The notes beneath the pieces are model-generated. The model saw nothing but the letters and a program-made list of their open reading frames with translations. It searched no databases and was not told the origin of the DNA. 64,000 nucleotides of DNA from NCBI GenBank assembly GCA_965249835.1, contig CBDFMY010000003.1, positions 289,602 to 353,601 on the forward strand, given 5' to 3'. Within the stretch, counting starts at the first letter, position 1. Every line of letters starts with the position of its first letter. Shown here in pieces: positions 54,373-64,000 of this stretch. Made by a program: the position numbers and the translations under genes. Origin of the DNA: Candidatus Poriferihabitaceae bacterium. GTDB lineage: Bacteria; Pseudomonadota; Gammaproteobacteria; Arenicellales; Poriferihabitantaceae.

Positions 54373-56114
54373 ACGACACCAGCAACGCGCCGCTGGTGGT
54401 GGAAGATCTGTCGGTCAGTTTCCGCCGGCACACAGGCTCCGGCAAGCACCGGCGAGAACTCATCACCGATGTGGTCAAGGGCGTGTCGTTCGAATTGCAC
54501 GCCGGCGAGACTCTGGCACTGGTGGGCGAGTCGGGCTCCGGCAAATCGCTAACCGCGCTGTCGATATTGCAATTACTGCCCTATCCCCAGGCGTTCCACC
54601 CCGGCGGCTCGGTTCGCCATCACGGCAACGAACTGGTCAACGCCGACCCGCAGACGTTGCAGCGCATTCGCGGCAACGAAATTTCGATGATCTTTCAGGA
54701 ACCGATGACCGCGCTCAATCCCCTGCACACCATCGAAAAACAAATCGGCGAGTCGCTGGCTTTGCACCAGAGCATCAGCGGCGATGCCGCGCGCGCACGA
54801 ACGCTTGAATTGCTCGACGAGGTCGGCATAGACGCGCCGCACACTCGACTCGGTGCCTGGCCGCATCAATTATCCGGCGGACAACGCCAACGCGTGATGA
54901 TCGCCATGGCGCTCGCCAACCGACCCGAAATATTGCTCGCCGACGAGCCCACCACCGCGCTGGATATGACCGTGCAGGCGCGCATTCTGGCGTTGCTGAA
55001 GGATCTGCAACGTACCGAAAATCTGGGGCTACTGCTGATTACCCACGACCTCAACATGGTGCGCAAAATCGCATCGCGGGTGCTGGTAATGAAGGACGGG
55101 CGGATGGTGGAGCGCGGCCCGACCGAGCGCATATTCGTCTCCGCCCGGCAACCGTATACGCAAAAACTGCTGTCGGCCGAACCGCCGCCAAGGACACCGC
55201 CGGTGGGCAAGGGCACGGAAATCCTCGCGGTGGAGAATCTCAAGGTGTGGTTCCCGCTGCGGCGCGGTTTATTGAAGCGCACCGTGGGCCACATCAAGGC
55301 GGTCAGGCACGCTTCGGTGAAACTGTATTCGGGACACAGCCTCGGCGTGGTGGGTGAATCCGGCTCCGGCAAAACCACGCTGGCACTGGCGGTGTTGCGG
55401 CTGCTGAAATCATCCGGGCGCATTACCTTTGACGGTCGCGCTATTGACACCCTGCCACGCCGCGCTTTGAGCCCGTTGCGTCGACAAATGCAAATCGTCT
55501 TTCAAGACCCCTTCGGCTCGTTGTCGCCGCGCATGTCGGTGGGCGAAATCGTCAGCGAAGGACTGGATGCCCATGGCCTCATCCACGACCCGGCCGAGCG
55601 CGACCGGCGCGTGGTGGAGATTCTCCGCGAAGTGGACATAGACCCCGAAGTTCGCTTTCGCTATCCCCACGAATTCTCCGGCGGCCAGCGTCAGCGCATC
55701 GCCATCGCCCGCGCCCTGATTCTGCAACCGAAAATTTTATTCCTTGACGAACCCACCTCCGCTCTTGACCGCACCGTACAGGTGCAGGTGCTGGCGTTGT
55801 TGAACCGCATCCAGCAACAACACGGGCTCGCATTTGTGTTTATCTCCCACGACTTGAGCGTGGTGAAATCGCTCGCCGATGAACTCATGGTGATGCGCGA
55901 TGGCGAGGTGGTGGAGCAAGGGGACGCCCAATCCATTTTCGCCCACCCGCAACATCCCTACACTCGCGAATTGCTGCACGCGGCGTTTGACCTTGCGCCG
56001 GGGCAATCATCGCCGCCGTCGGGAATGCCCGACAACGGGAATGCCCACAATGGGAATGATCCTCGCCGAAGCGAAATCAACCAAGCGAGCCGGCCCGCAG
56101 ACGGTTCAGAATGA
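54369..56114 (+). CDS. yejF: Peptide ABC transporter ATP-binding protein YejF (two fused ABC cassettes)
   Basis: Two Walker A motifs ([20 protein letters not shown]) and two LSGGQRQR signatures are present. Confidence 0.9.
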   Translation: MNDTSNAPLVVEDLSVSFRRHTGSGKHRRELITDVVKGVSFELHAGETLALVGESGSGKSLTALSILQLLPYPQAFHPGGSVRHHGNELVNADPQTLQRIRGNEISMIFQEPMTALNPLHTIEKQIGESLALHQSISGDAARARTLELLDEVGIDAPHTRLGAWPHQLSGGQRQRVMIAMALANRPEILLADEPTTALDMTVQARILALLKDLQRTENLGLLLITHDLNMVRKIASRVLVMKDGRMVERGPTERIFVSARQPYTQKLLSAEPPPRTPPVGKGTEILAVENLKVWFPLRRGLLKRTVGHIKAVRHASVKLYSGHSLGVVGESGSGKTTLALAVLRLLKSSGRITFDGRAIDTLPRRALSPLRRQMQIVFQDPFGSLSPRMSVGEIVSEGLDAHGLIHDPAERDRRVVEILREVDIDPEVRFRYPHEFSGGQRQRIAIARALILQPKILFLDEPTSALDRTVQVQVLALLNRIQQQHGLAFVFISHDLSVVKSLADELMVMRDGEVVEQGDAQSIFAHPQHPYTRELLHAAFDLAPGQSSPPSGMPDNGNAHNGNDPRRSEINQASRPADGSE

Positions 56115-59100
56115 AATCGGCTTGCTGGGTTTCGGCAGTTTCCAGCGCCGCACGATGCCATCGATCGATCTCGGCGGCATCGGCCAATCCGCCTTTGGCC
56201 GCGGCTTGCGCTTTGATTTCGAGTAGGCATGGCAACCACCATCTTTCGCCGAACCGCCGCACCATAGCGAGTGCGCCCTCGGCCGCCTGCATGGCACCGC
56301 GATAATCCACTACGGCAAGACGCGCTTCCGCCAGCAGTCCATGAAAATAGGGCAGAAACAACTTGCCGTAGTTGTCCTCGTAGCATCGCAGGTTACTTTC
56401 CATGCGGCGAACTTCGCGGCACTTGTCTCTCGCCTCGCTGGTGTCGGATGAATCATCGCGCTGCATCACGTGGCAGAACGCGCGAAACAAATTGCCCGCC
56501 GCCAGCAGCCCTTCAAAGCCGTAGGTTTGCGCGAGCGTCACCGTCTCTTCGGCCAACGCGCCGAGTGGTTTGAGGTCGCCGGCAATCTGTTGATACATGG
56601 CCGCCACCCGCAACGTCTCGGCCACGGTGTAGGGATGGCCGATGGCGCGCGCCGCTTCCACCGACTTGTCGATCTCCGCGACCGATTGCGGAACTTTATT
56701 GAGCAGTAACTTATTGACCGCTCCGAGCCCGCGGATGGTTATATATGGATCCTGCCCGAAACGCACCCTGAGACTTTTGTTCGAACTCTGGTCGTAGAGA
56801 TTCACCGCCTTGTCGTAAAAATATTCCGCCGCGGCGAACTTTCCGGTGACCATGCGCGTCATGCCCTGCAACCCGAACGCGGTCATCATCAACTCCGGGT
56901 CGCGGGATTTTTCGCTCAGGGATTTCAGTTTCACCGACACGCGCACCGATTGGGAAAACGCCGCTTGAGACACCAGGCAACGCCACAGTCCGTATAACGC
57001 AGTCCACGCCTGTCGGTCATCGCCGTCGGCGTTGGCAAGCACCAACGCCTGCTCGTAGGTGTGCGTAACCTGCTCGCCGTGGTAGCCGGAACGGGCGGTC
57101 AGCGCGACCCCGAGATTTAACAGCAACGCCAGTTCGCGCTTCCTTCGCGGTTCCCCGTCGGGCAGGTCGGCGGCCAGTCGCAAACCCTGGGAAAGATGTT
57201 GCAACGACTCGTTGGTTGCCGATTGCGCAATCGCTTGCTCGCCGGCCCTCAGCCACAAATCCACCGCACGGTCGGTGCACTCGGTGTGGCTGTAATGATG
57301 GGCGATCAACTCCGGATGCTGTTGCCCGATGTCGGGGTTGTCCTGCTGCAGAAGTTCGGCGATTTGCAGATGGTATCGCTGCCGGGTTTTCTTCAACAAC
57401 GAATGATAGGCGGCATCCTGAAACAGGGCATGACGAAATTCATAACGATCCTCCGCGGCCTCGGGAATCACCGAGAGTAGGTCGGCCGCCAGCAGGGCAT
57501 CCATACCGGCATCAGCACTGATATGGTTTTGGGATGCCACTTTGCTGATGAGCGAGTAGCGAAAATCGCCGCCAAATGTAGCCGCCAACTGGGCGAATGA
57601 CTTGGCTTCGCCGAGGCGGTCAAGACGCGCATTCAAAGAATCCTGAAGCGTGTCGGGAATGGTGAACAGACCATAATGCTCGCCGGCACCGATGTTTTCG
57701 CGGATTTGATTGGCTTCCATTTTTTTGGCGCGCGGCTGCGAGCGCATTTGGTCGAGCAAGTGGCGGCTGGTTTCTTCCAGAAATAACGGCACGCCGCCGC
57801 TTTTGCCGATGATTCTTTGCGTAACCGCCGCCGGCAACGCATGCGCACCGGACACCGCCGCGATCAGGCGCGCCGACGAGTCGGCATCCAGCCCGCCGAG
57901 TTTCATCTCCACCAGCGTTGCCGCATCCGGCCACGGCATAACGAAGCCGCTACGCGAAGTGAACACGGCGAATAGTTTTTCCGCGCCGGCGCCCGAGACG
58001 ATACCGCTGAGTACTTCCAACGTGGATGGGTCGGCCCAATGCAAATCTTCCACCACCAACAGCAGCGGACGCAATCGCGACAGCCGAATGACAAAACTGA
58101 TCAGAGCGTCCACCGTGCGATAGTGTTTTTCTTCGGCGCTGATGTCGCCAATCGCTCCGATGGGTGCTTGCGCCGATGCCGGTGGTATGCCCAACAACTC
58201 GTTGAACAATGCGTGTTCATCTTTGCCGTCCAGTTCAATGGCGATCATCGCCCGCCGAATGTTCTCCCGCCGCGTCTCGAAATCGTCGTGCTCGCCGATT
58301 TGCAACCAACGGTGGGTTTCGTCGACGATCGGCTTGAACGGGCTACCCTGAAAATAGGGCGAACAAGTTACCCGCAGTCGATACAGTTCGGGCTTGTGAA
58401 TGGTTTTTTCAAAAGCCCGCAACAGCCGCGACTTGCCGATGCCGGGGTCGCCGCAAAGATGAATGATGCGACAACGACCATCGAGGGCATGCAGGTAGTT
58501 TTCCCGCAGACACCGCAGTTCCCGCTGGCGGCTGACAAAGCGCGTGGTGACTCGCTTCAACGAAGTGGTGGAACGATTTTGGAAAGTGCTCTCGTGGAGA
58601 ATTTGCCAGACACCTATCGGCTCGGTAAAACCTTTGACCCGGTGCTCGCCGAGATCGCGAAACTTGAATGCGCTACCCACCAGCCGACGAGTTCGCAACG
58701 CGGTTACCACGCTGTTCGGTTCGGCGAGGCTTTGCAAACGTGCGGCGAGATTGGGTGCTTCGCCGAAAATCAGTTCATCCTGATCGCGCCGATTGCCGGC
58801 ACGCTCGCCGACCACCACCAGACCGGTGGCGATGCCGATGCGAATGCCGATTGCCTCGCGCCCGCGCCACTTCTCGGAGGCATTGTTGCGCTTGATTCGT
58901 TCGACCATTTCCATGCCGGCACGCACCGCGTGTTCGGGATCGAATTCGCTGGCAAGCGGATGACCGAACAACACCAAAATGCCATCGCCGAGATAATTGG
59001 AAATGTGCCCGTGATATTTCTCGGCGACTTCGGCGCACAACGTTTGGAACACGCGGATTTCATCCGCCAGATCTTCCGGGTCCAACGCCACCGAGCGCGA

Positions 59101-59235
59101 GGTGTAATCCGCCACATCGCAAAACAACACCGTTACCTGTTTGCGAACCGGCTGCGGGAAATCTCCTTCCCCACGAAAGTCAGAACGATTCGGGGCCAAT
59201 TGGTGCGCCATCAGAGTGAGCCAAACACACGACAA
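56077..59235 (-). CDS. Class III adenylate/guanylate cyclase fused to a STAND-type P-loop NTPase and a TPR-like C-terminal region
   Basis: Cyclase motifs VTVLFCDVADYT, YLGDGILVLFG, IGIATGLVVVG and FGEAPNLAARLQ are present. The P-loop is CGDPGIGKSRLL, followed by a ~650-aa helical repeat tail. An alternative start is Met9 at 59211. Confidence 0.88.
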   Translation of the reverse strand: MSCVWLTLMAHQLAPNRSDFRGEGDFPQPVRKQVTVLFCDVADYTSRSVALDPEDLADEIRVFQTLCAEVAEKYHGHISNYLGDGILVLFGHPLASEFDPEHAVRAGMEMVERIKRNNASEKWRGREAIGIRIGIATGLVVVGERAGNRRDQDELIFGEAPNLAARLQSLAEPNSVVTALRTRRLVGSAFKFRDLGEHRVKGFTEPIGVWQILHESTFQNRSTTSLKRVTTRFVSRQRELRCLRENYLHALDGRCRIIHLCGDPGIGKSRLLRAFEKTIHKPELYRLRVTCSPYFQGSPFKPIVDETHRWLQIGEHDDFETRRENIRRAMIAIELDGKDEHALFNELLGIPPASAQAPIGAIGDISAEEKHYRTVDALISFVIRLSRLRPLLLVVEDLHWADPSTLEVLSGIVSGAGAEKLFAVFTSRSGFVMPWPDAATLVEMKLGGLDADSSARLIAAVSGAHALPAAVTQRIIGKSGGVPLFLEETSRHLLDQMRSQPRAKKMEANQIRENIGAGEHYGLFTIPDTLQDSLNARLDRLGEAKSFAQLAATFGGDFRYSLISKVASQNHISADAGMDALLAADLLSVIPEAAEDRYEFRHALFQDAAYHSLLKKTRQRYHLQIAELLQQDNPDIGQQHPELIAHHYSHTECTDRAVDLWLRAGEQAIAQSATNESLQHLSQGLRLAADLPDGEPRRKRELALLLNLGVALTARSGYHGEQVTHTYEQALVLANADGDDRQAWTALYGLWRCLVSQAAFSQSVRVSVKLKSLSEKSRDPELMMTAFGLQGMTRMVTGKFAAAEYFYDKAVNLYDQSSNKSLRVRFGQDPYITIRGLGAVNKLLLNKVPQSVAEIDKSVEAARAIGHPYTVAETLRVAAMYQQIAGDLKPLGALAEETVTLAQTYGFEGLLAAGNLFRAFCHVMQRDDSSDTSEARDKCREVRRMESNLRCYEDNYGKLFLPYFHGLLAEARLAVVDYRGAMQAAEGALAMVRRFGERWWLPCLLEIKAQAAAKGGLADAAEIDRWHRAALETAETQQADFILNRLRAGSLG

Positions 59236-59427
59236 GACTTAACATCGGCAGAACCGGCGAGACCAACCAGACCGATGCGCACCGCAGCGCAGATGAGACA
59301 ACGCATTTCCCTTGCTCCTTTCCCTTTCTTCAGGATATTAATTGTTATGCTTGTTACGGGTTATATGGATTGTATATGCGCAAAGGATAGCCACACCGTC
59401 CGCCACATGCAAGTTTGTTTTTCCTAC

Positions 59428-61269
59428 TTACTTTTTCACCCACCAACTCGACGGAAAACCGATGCTGTAGATCGGGCGTCGTTGGGGATGGTCGAAGCGG
59501 TTCCAGTAGGCGATCCAGGCGGTGTCGTTGTAATAGGTGGGTATGGCGTAGTGATTCCACAGCAATACGCGGTCGAGGGCTTTGGTGGTGGTTTGCAGGG
59601 TTTCGAGATCTTTTGCGGCGATAATCTGTTCGATTAACGCATCCACCACCGGGTTTTTGATGCCGCCGGAATTGCCGCCGCGAATGTCGGCCGATTCGGA
59701 GCCGAAAAAACTTTTGAGTTCGGTGCCCGGCGGCGGGAAAAAGTTAAGCCCGCCGACCCACAGGTCAAAGTCGGAATCGTGGATTCGCACGCGCCACTGG
59801 GAGGTGTCCACCAGGCGAATGGACGCATCAATTCCCGATTTTTTGAGCATCTCGATATACGGCAGGGCGAGGCGTTGGGATTCGGGGTAGGCGGTCATCA
59901 ATTCCAACTGGAATTGTTTTCCGGTTTTGGCGGAGACCAGTTTGCCGCCTTCAAGATGCCATCCGGCTGACTGAAACAGGCTCAGGGCGCGCCGTCTGCC
60001 GGCCCGGTCGTGCCCGCTACCGTCGGTTTTCGGCGGCACGAAGGCGCGCTCCAGCGCACCCGCGGGCAATTGCACGGCAAAGGGCGCCAGCACGGCTTTC
60101 TCGGCCTCGCCGGGCTGGCCGGTTGCGCCGTAATCAGAATTGGGAAAATAACTTGCAATGCGTTTGTATTGACCATACAACAAGGTTCGCTGGATGGCTT
60201 CAAAGTCATACAGGGTCATGAGTGCCTCGCGCACCCGCGGGTCGGCAAACTTGTCGCGCTTGAGATTGAAAAAATACCCGCCCATGCCGCGCGGGCGCTT
60301 GCTCGGTACCGCTTTTTTCACCACTTCGCCGGAGTCGATTTCGGCGAAATCGTATTCCGTCACCCATCTTTTGGCACTGGATTCCTGGCGAAAGTCGATC
60401 TCGCCGGCCTTGAAGGCTTCGAGTTCGACGGTGAGATCGCGGTAGTATTCGTAGCGGATTTCATCGATGTTGTGCAAACCGCGTTTGATCGGCAAGTGCG
60501 CGGCCCAGTAGTCCTTGACGCGCTCGTAGGTGATGGCGCGGCCCGGGTCGATTTCCTTCACTCGGTATGGCCCGCTGGTAAGCGGCGGCACCAGCGTGGA
60601 GGCGGTGATGTCTTTGTCTTTCCAGTAGTGAACCGGCAGCGGCGACAGGCCGGCGGCGATGGTAATCGGCTTCATGCTGTGGCGAGTGGCGAAAGTGAAT
60701 TTCAGGTGCCGCTCGGAAAGCGCCTCGGCACCGAGCACATCGTCGTAGAAGGATTGAAAGAACGGACGGCCGTGTTGTTTGATGGTGTCAAGCGCGTGGA
60801 CGAAATCGGCGGCGATGATCGGCATGCCGTCGTGATACACCGCTTCCTCGCGCAAAGTGAAGATCGCCCAACTTTTATCTTCGGGATATTCAACGGACTC
60901 GGCGATTAGCCCGTAGAGGCCATCGATTTCATCGTCGGAGCCAGTCATCAAATCGTCATAAACCGTGCCGATGCTGCTCGGCCATTCGCCTTTTTGCACA
61001 TAAAAATTGAGCGTGTCGAAAGAACCAAAGTCGCTTAACACAATCCTGCCGCCTTTGGGTGCATTGGGGTTGGCGTAGGGAAAGTGTTCGAGGCCGGCCG
61101 CATACAACGGCTCGCCGAATTCGGCGATGGCCCATTTTTTGGTGATACCGTCTTCGGCACGCAACGGGTTCGGTGACACCAATGCGAGACCGAGCAAAGC
61201 GGCCAGCATTACGCCACGCGAGATGCCACGCCAGATAATAAAGTTATTGTGCATCGTGCGATTATACAA
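59428..61269 (-). CDS. yejA: Family-5 extracellular solute-binding protein (YejA-like)
   Basis: 613 aa, with signal peptide ...LLGLALVSPNPLRA. The YejA-like N-terminus is KWAIAEFGEPLYAAGLEHFPYANPNAPKGG. Confidence 0.85.
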   Translation of the reverse strand: MYNRTMHNNFIIWRGISRGVMLAALLGLALVSPNPLRAEDGITKKWAIAEFGEPLYAAGLEHFPYANPNAPKGGRIVLSDFGSFDTLNFYVQKGEWPSSIGTVYDDLMTGSDDEIDGLYGLIAESVEYPEDKSWAIFTLREEAVYHDGMPIIAADFVHALDTIKQHGRPFFQSFYDDVLGAEALSERHLKFTFATRHSMKPITIAAGLSPLPVHYWKDKDITASTLVPPLTSGPYRVKEIDPGRAITYERVKDYWAAHLPIKRGLHNIDEIRYEYYRDLTVELEAFKAGEIDFRQESSAKRWVTEYDFAEIDSGEVVKKAVPSKRPRGMGGYFFNLKRDKFADPRVREALMTLYDFEAIQRTLLYGQYKRIASYFPNSDYGATGQPGEAEKAVLAPFAVQLPAGALERAFVPPKTDGSGHDRAGRRRALSLFQSAGWHLEGGKLVSAKTGKQFQLELMTAYPESQRLALPYIEMLKKSGIDASIRLVDTSQWRVRIHDSDFDLWVGGLNFFPPPGTELKSFFGSESADIRGGNSGGIKNPVVDALIEQIIAAKDLETLQTTTKALDRVLLWNHYAIPTYYNDTAWIAYWNRFDHPQRRPIYSIGFPSSWWVKK

Positions 61270-61324
61270 TTATAAGCACGCGAACCCGCTGGTTTTTAGC
61301 AACGCGTTGATTGAGTGCGCTATT

Positions 61325-62500
61325 ATGCCCGTTATGACCTCCACAGATTTGCCGCCACTCGCCGGACACGCCGGGCACGCCGAGCGGGTGCTGCACTGGT
61401 TTGACCGCCACGGGCGCAAATCGTTGCCATGGCAGAAGAGTTACGACCCATATCAAATCTGGGTTGCAGAAATTATGCTGCAGCAAACCCGGGTCAGTAC
61501 GGTGATTCCCTATTACCGGAAGTTCATGGCGCGATTTCCCGACATCGCCGCGCTGGCGCGTTGCCAGCCGGATGCGTTGTTGCATTGCTGGTCGGGCCTC
61601 GGTTACTACGCACGGGCGCGCAACCTGCAATCTGCGGCGCAAAAAATCGTTGCCCGACATGGCGGCAAATTCCCCGATAGATTCGATGATGTGCTGGCAC
61701 TTCCCGGCATCGGCCGCTCCACCGCCGGGGCGATTCTGGCGTTTTGCTTTGGTCAACGCCATCCGATTCTGGACGGCAATGTAAAGCGGGTGCTGATGCG
61801 CTGTTACGCCATCGCCGGCCATACCAGCGGCGTCGGTGGTGGAAAAGTGCAGGCGCGGCTGTGGAAAATCGCCGAGCAACTCATGCCAAAGGCGCGAGTC
61901 GGCGACTACAATCAGGCGCTCATGGATCTCGGCGCGACCATTTGCCTGCGCACCAAACCGTTGTGCGTACGCTGTCCGTTGGTGGAGAAATGCGTGGCAT
62001 GGAAACGAGGCAACCCGACCGCGTTTCCGCAAACAAAACCGAAAGCCACGCGACCATGCAAGGCGGTGACCATGTTGCTGGTGAAAAATCAGCAAGCGGA
62101 ATTGCTGCTGGTGAAACGGCCACCGAGCGGAATCTGGGGCGGGTTGTGGTCGCTACCCGAATACGCGAATGAATCTTGCCAGGGATTCAACGGCGAGCGC
62201 GGGCAACTACAAACGGGGCAAACGGGGCAAGTGGAGCAAGTGGAGCAAGTGAAACAATGGTTTGAACAACAATTCGGATTCGCCGTGGAAACCGATGCGC
62301 CGTTGCCGCCAATCAGACATTCGTTCACCCATTTCGACCTGGACATTTTGCCGTTGCCGGCGACGGTAACGCGAACCGACACGCGAGTCATGGACACCGA
62401 CCAATATCTTTGGTACAACCCGTCATTCCCCGCGCAGGTCGGGTTGCCGACCGCGGTCAAACGCATTTTGGGCAAATTTCATGCCCGGCAAAGTGAGTGA
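61325..62500 (+). CDS. mutY: A/G-specific adenine DNA glycosylase MutY
   Basis: The start is refined to MPVMTSTDL (ATG 61325). It has Hh[17 protein letters not shown] and an Fe-S cluster Cys pattern [17 protein letters not shown], plus a C-terminal NUDIX-like domain. Confidence 0.93.
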   Translation: MPVMTSTDLPPLAGHAGHAERVLHWFDRHGRKSLPWQKSYDPYQIWVAEIMLQQTRVSTVIPYYRKFMARFPDIAALARCQPDALLHCWSGLGYYARARNLQSAAQKIVARHGGKFPDRFDDVLALPGIGRSTAGAILAFCFGQRHPILDGNVKRVLMRCYAIAGHTSGVGGGKVQARLWKIAEQLMPKARVGDYNQALMDLGATICLRTKPLCVRCPLVEKCVAWKRGNPTAFPQTKPKATRPCKAVTMLLVKNQQAELLLVKRPPSGIWGGLWSLPEYANESCQGFNGERGQLQTGQTGQVEQVEQVKQWFEQQFGFAVETDAPLPPIRHSFTHFDLDILPLPATVTRTDTRVMDTDQYLWYNPSFPAQVGLPTAVKRILGKFHARQSE

Positions 62501-62504
62501 TAAA

Positions 62505-62771
62505 ATGAGTCATAAAGTAATGTGCGTCAAATTGGGCAAGCAAGCCGAAGGGCTGGATTTTCCCCCGTGGCCGGGCGAACTCGGCAAGCGGTTGGTTGAA
62601 AATGTCTCCAAGGAAGCCTGGCAGGAATGGCTGCGTCAACAGACCATCCTCATCAATGAATACAAATTGAATCCGTTGGACGCCGAGCACAAACGCTATC
62701 TCGCCGAGCAGATGGAAGCGTGGTTTTTCGGCGACGGAATTGTTCTGCCGGATGAATGGAAACCGAAGTAG
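62505..62771 (+). CDS. yggX: Fe(2+)-trafficking protein YggX
   Basis: The start is refined to [29 protein letters not shown], giving 88 aa. It follows the conserved mutY-yggX order. Confidence 0.9.
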   Translation: MSHKVMCVKLGKQAEGLDFPPWPGELGKRLVENVSKEAWQEWLRQQTILINEYKLNPLDAEHKRYLAEQMEAWFFGDGIVLPDEWKPK

Positions 62772-62906
62772 ATACACGTGACCCTGACAAAAGTGTGCGA
62801 AAGTGAATAGAATAGGAGTGTTACTTAACAACCAATTTGGTAACTCCTCTGTGCGTCCCTGCCAGCCGTCATATAGCGTACCAAGATTTAAAATTGAGGA
62901 AGAATC

Positions 62907-63419
62907 ATGACCATAGCTGATTTTATTGCTATAGCAGCAATTTTCTTTGGCCCAATTGTGGCAGTGCGCGTCTCTCGCTATCTTGACGATCAAAAAGAAA
63001 AAAGGGAACGCAAAGTAAATATATTCAAAACGCTTATGGCAACACGAGCATATACTGTATCTTGGGCACACGTGGAAGCATTGAACAAAATCGATCTTGA
63101 GTTCAATGAGAGCAGTGAAAAGGAAGTGTTTGAAGCTTGGAAGGCGTATCTTGACCTGCTCAACACTACTAATATTCCCGAAGACCAATGGACTACGAAG
63201 CGTGTTGATCTGTTAGTAGATCTTCTGTACAAAATGGCATGCGTGCTTGATTATGATTTCGGCAAAATCGACATTAAAAATTCATTCTATGCGCCAAGGG
63301 CGCATGGGGAAACAGAGGAAGAACAAGATAGGTTGCGAAAGGGTATAATTGAAGTGCTTTCTGGAAAGCGTTCTATAAACATGTCAATCACCAATTGGCC
63401 ACAAGAAAATGAGCAGTAG
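62907..63419 (+). CDS. Hypothetical 170-aa protein with a single N-terminal TM helix
   Basis: An SD GAGGAAG precedes the ATG. The TM helix is IADFIAIAAIFFGPIVAV, followed by a charged helical body. The gene is AT-rich. No motif I can name. Confidence 0.6.
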   Translation: MTIADFIAIAAIFFGPIVAVRVSRYLDDQKEKRERKVNIFKTLMATRAYTVSWAHVEALNKIDLEFNESSEKEVFEAWKAYLDLLNTTNIPEDQWTTKRVDLLVDLLYKMACVLDYDFGKIDIKNSFYAPRAHGETEEEQDRLRKGIIEVLSGKRSINMSITNWPQENEQ

Positions 63420-63428
63420 CACAGCATT

Positions 63429-63458
63429 ACAATTGCTCAATTGTCACGAAGTTTCGTG
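63429..63458. promoter_or_regulatory. Two abutting perfect palindromes upstream of the C5-MTase gene (operator-like)
   Basis: ACAATTG-ct-CAATTGT (63429-63444) is directly followed by CACGAA-gt-TTCGTG (63445-63458). The 2-nt centres are too short for RNA hairpin loops. Confidence 0.4.
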
Positions 63459-63527
63459 GCGAAAATACTGCGTGGCATTCTTCATTGGTTTGTTGCAAGA
63501 TAAACGAAACTTAACAGGAGTGACCTT

Positions 63528-64000
63528 TTGAAAAGAGAAAAACGAAATACGATAAGTCTGTTTTCCGGTGCCGGTGGCATGGATGTCGGTATTCGGGATT
63601 CTGGTTTTGATGTTCTTGCCGAGATTGAAGTTGACGAGCATTGTTGTGCCACGCTCATAGCCAACGCTGAACACCAAAACACCAACACAAAAATTATGCA
63701 TGCCGATATTAAAAAGGTAGACCCACATGAACTAGCGAAAGAATTTTCTATGAAGAAAGGTGACTTAGATTTACTTTTCGGTGGACCACCGTGTCAGTCA
63801 TTTTCTTTGGCTGGAAAACAACTCGGATTGCGAGATGAACGGGGGCTCCTTCTATTTGAAATGATAAGGTTTGCGAAAGCTTTGCAGCCCAAAGTTATTC
63901 TTCTTGAACAGGTGAAAGGCCTATTATCTTCTAAAGGAATCAATAATCAGCACGGAGAAGTATTTAAGAAATTTTTAGATGAGTTAAAGGAAATCAATTA
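63528..64000 (+). CDS. DNA (cytosine-5) methyltransferase, 3'-partial (runs off window end)
   Basis: A TTG start has AGGAG 7 nt upstream. Motif I LFSGAGGMDVG, motif IV GGPPCQSFS and an ENV-like LLEQVKGL are present. Confidence 0.88.
   Translation, partial: MKREKRNTISLFSGAGGMDVGIRDSGFDVLAEIEVDEHCCATLIANAEHQNTNTKIMHADIKKVDPHELAKEFSMKKGDLDLLFGGPPCQSFSLAGKQLGLRDERGLLLFEMIRFAKALQPKVILLEQVKGLLSSKGINNQHGEVFKKFLDELKEIN

Noticed and set aside
58039-60909. 532-aa and 299-aa plus-strand ORFs
   Set aside because: They are antisense shadows of the cyclase-STAND gene and of yejA.
62457-63188. 243-aa minus-strand ORF
   Set aside because: It runs antisense through yggX and the 170-aa gene. It has no SD or motifs, and both plus-strand genes are better supported.

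Overview
This 64-kb stretch has the gene content and order of a gammaproteobacterium-like chromosome. That assignment is inferred from protein character and synteny; no database search was possible.

**Core backbone (G+C-rich):**
- dprA-smg-topA (8.5-12.6 kb, plus strand).
- One long minus-strand supercluster, rpsL-rpsG-fusA-tuf-tRNA-Trp-secE-nusG-rplK-rplA-rplJ-rplL-rpoB-rpoC (33.0 down to 16.0 kb).
- ilvA, an 83-aa ORF, an Sfp-type PPTase and a DegT-type aminotransferase (37.1 down to 33.2 kb).
- A pcm-like methyltransferase plus tolC.
- trkH-trkA-rsmB-fmt-def.
- A SAM-MTase, an acyl-CoA ligase and a class-I aminotransferase.
- yejBEF, with an inverted yejA and a 1,052-aa class III cyclase-STAND-TPR gene wedged between them.
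- mutY-yggX.

**Anomalous and accessory parts:**
1. Nt 1-8.5 kb is visibly lower in G+C. After an intact livKHMGF-like operon it becomes a patchwork of fragments:
   - an RhtB/LysE stub abutting an orphan ~220-nt 3' end of 16S rRNA, which is followed by its own intrinsic terminator;
   - a polar-amino-acid ABC operon with no ATPase gene and a 5'-truncated binding-protein gene;
   - two decayed rve-type IS copies, one apparently nested in the other.
2. Three AT-rich islets carry nucleic-acid-directed genes and no integrase:
   - 12.8-15.9 kb holds a single 1,009-aa protein combining a GHKL ATPase with a PD-(D/E)xK (DUF3883-like) module. This is my top candidate for an undescribed stand-alone defence or DNA-surveillance gene.
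   - 47.7-50.8 kb holds a beta-class DNA MTase fused to an Mrr-like nuclease fold. It also holds a class-II Fic cassette bracketed by a duplicated 3' end of the neighbouring aminotransferase gene.
   - 62.8-64.0 kb holds a membrane-anchored 170-aa protein and a C5 cytosine MTase, cut by the window end.

No CRISPR array, prophage or complete rRNA operon was seen. Many long ORFs in the track are antisense shadows of G+C-rich genes and were rejected.
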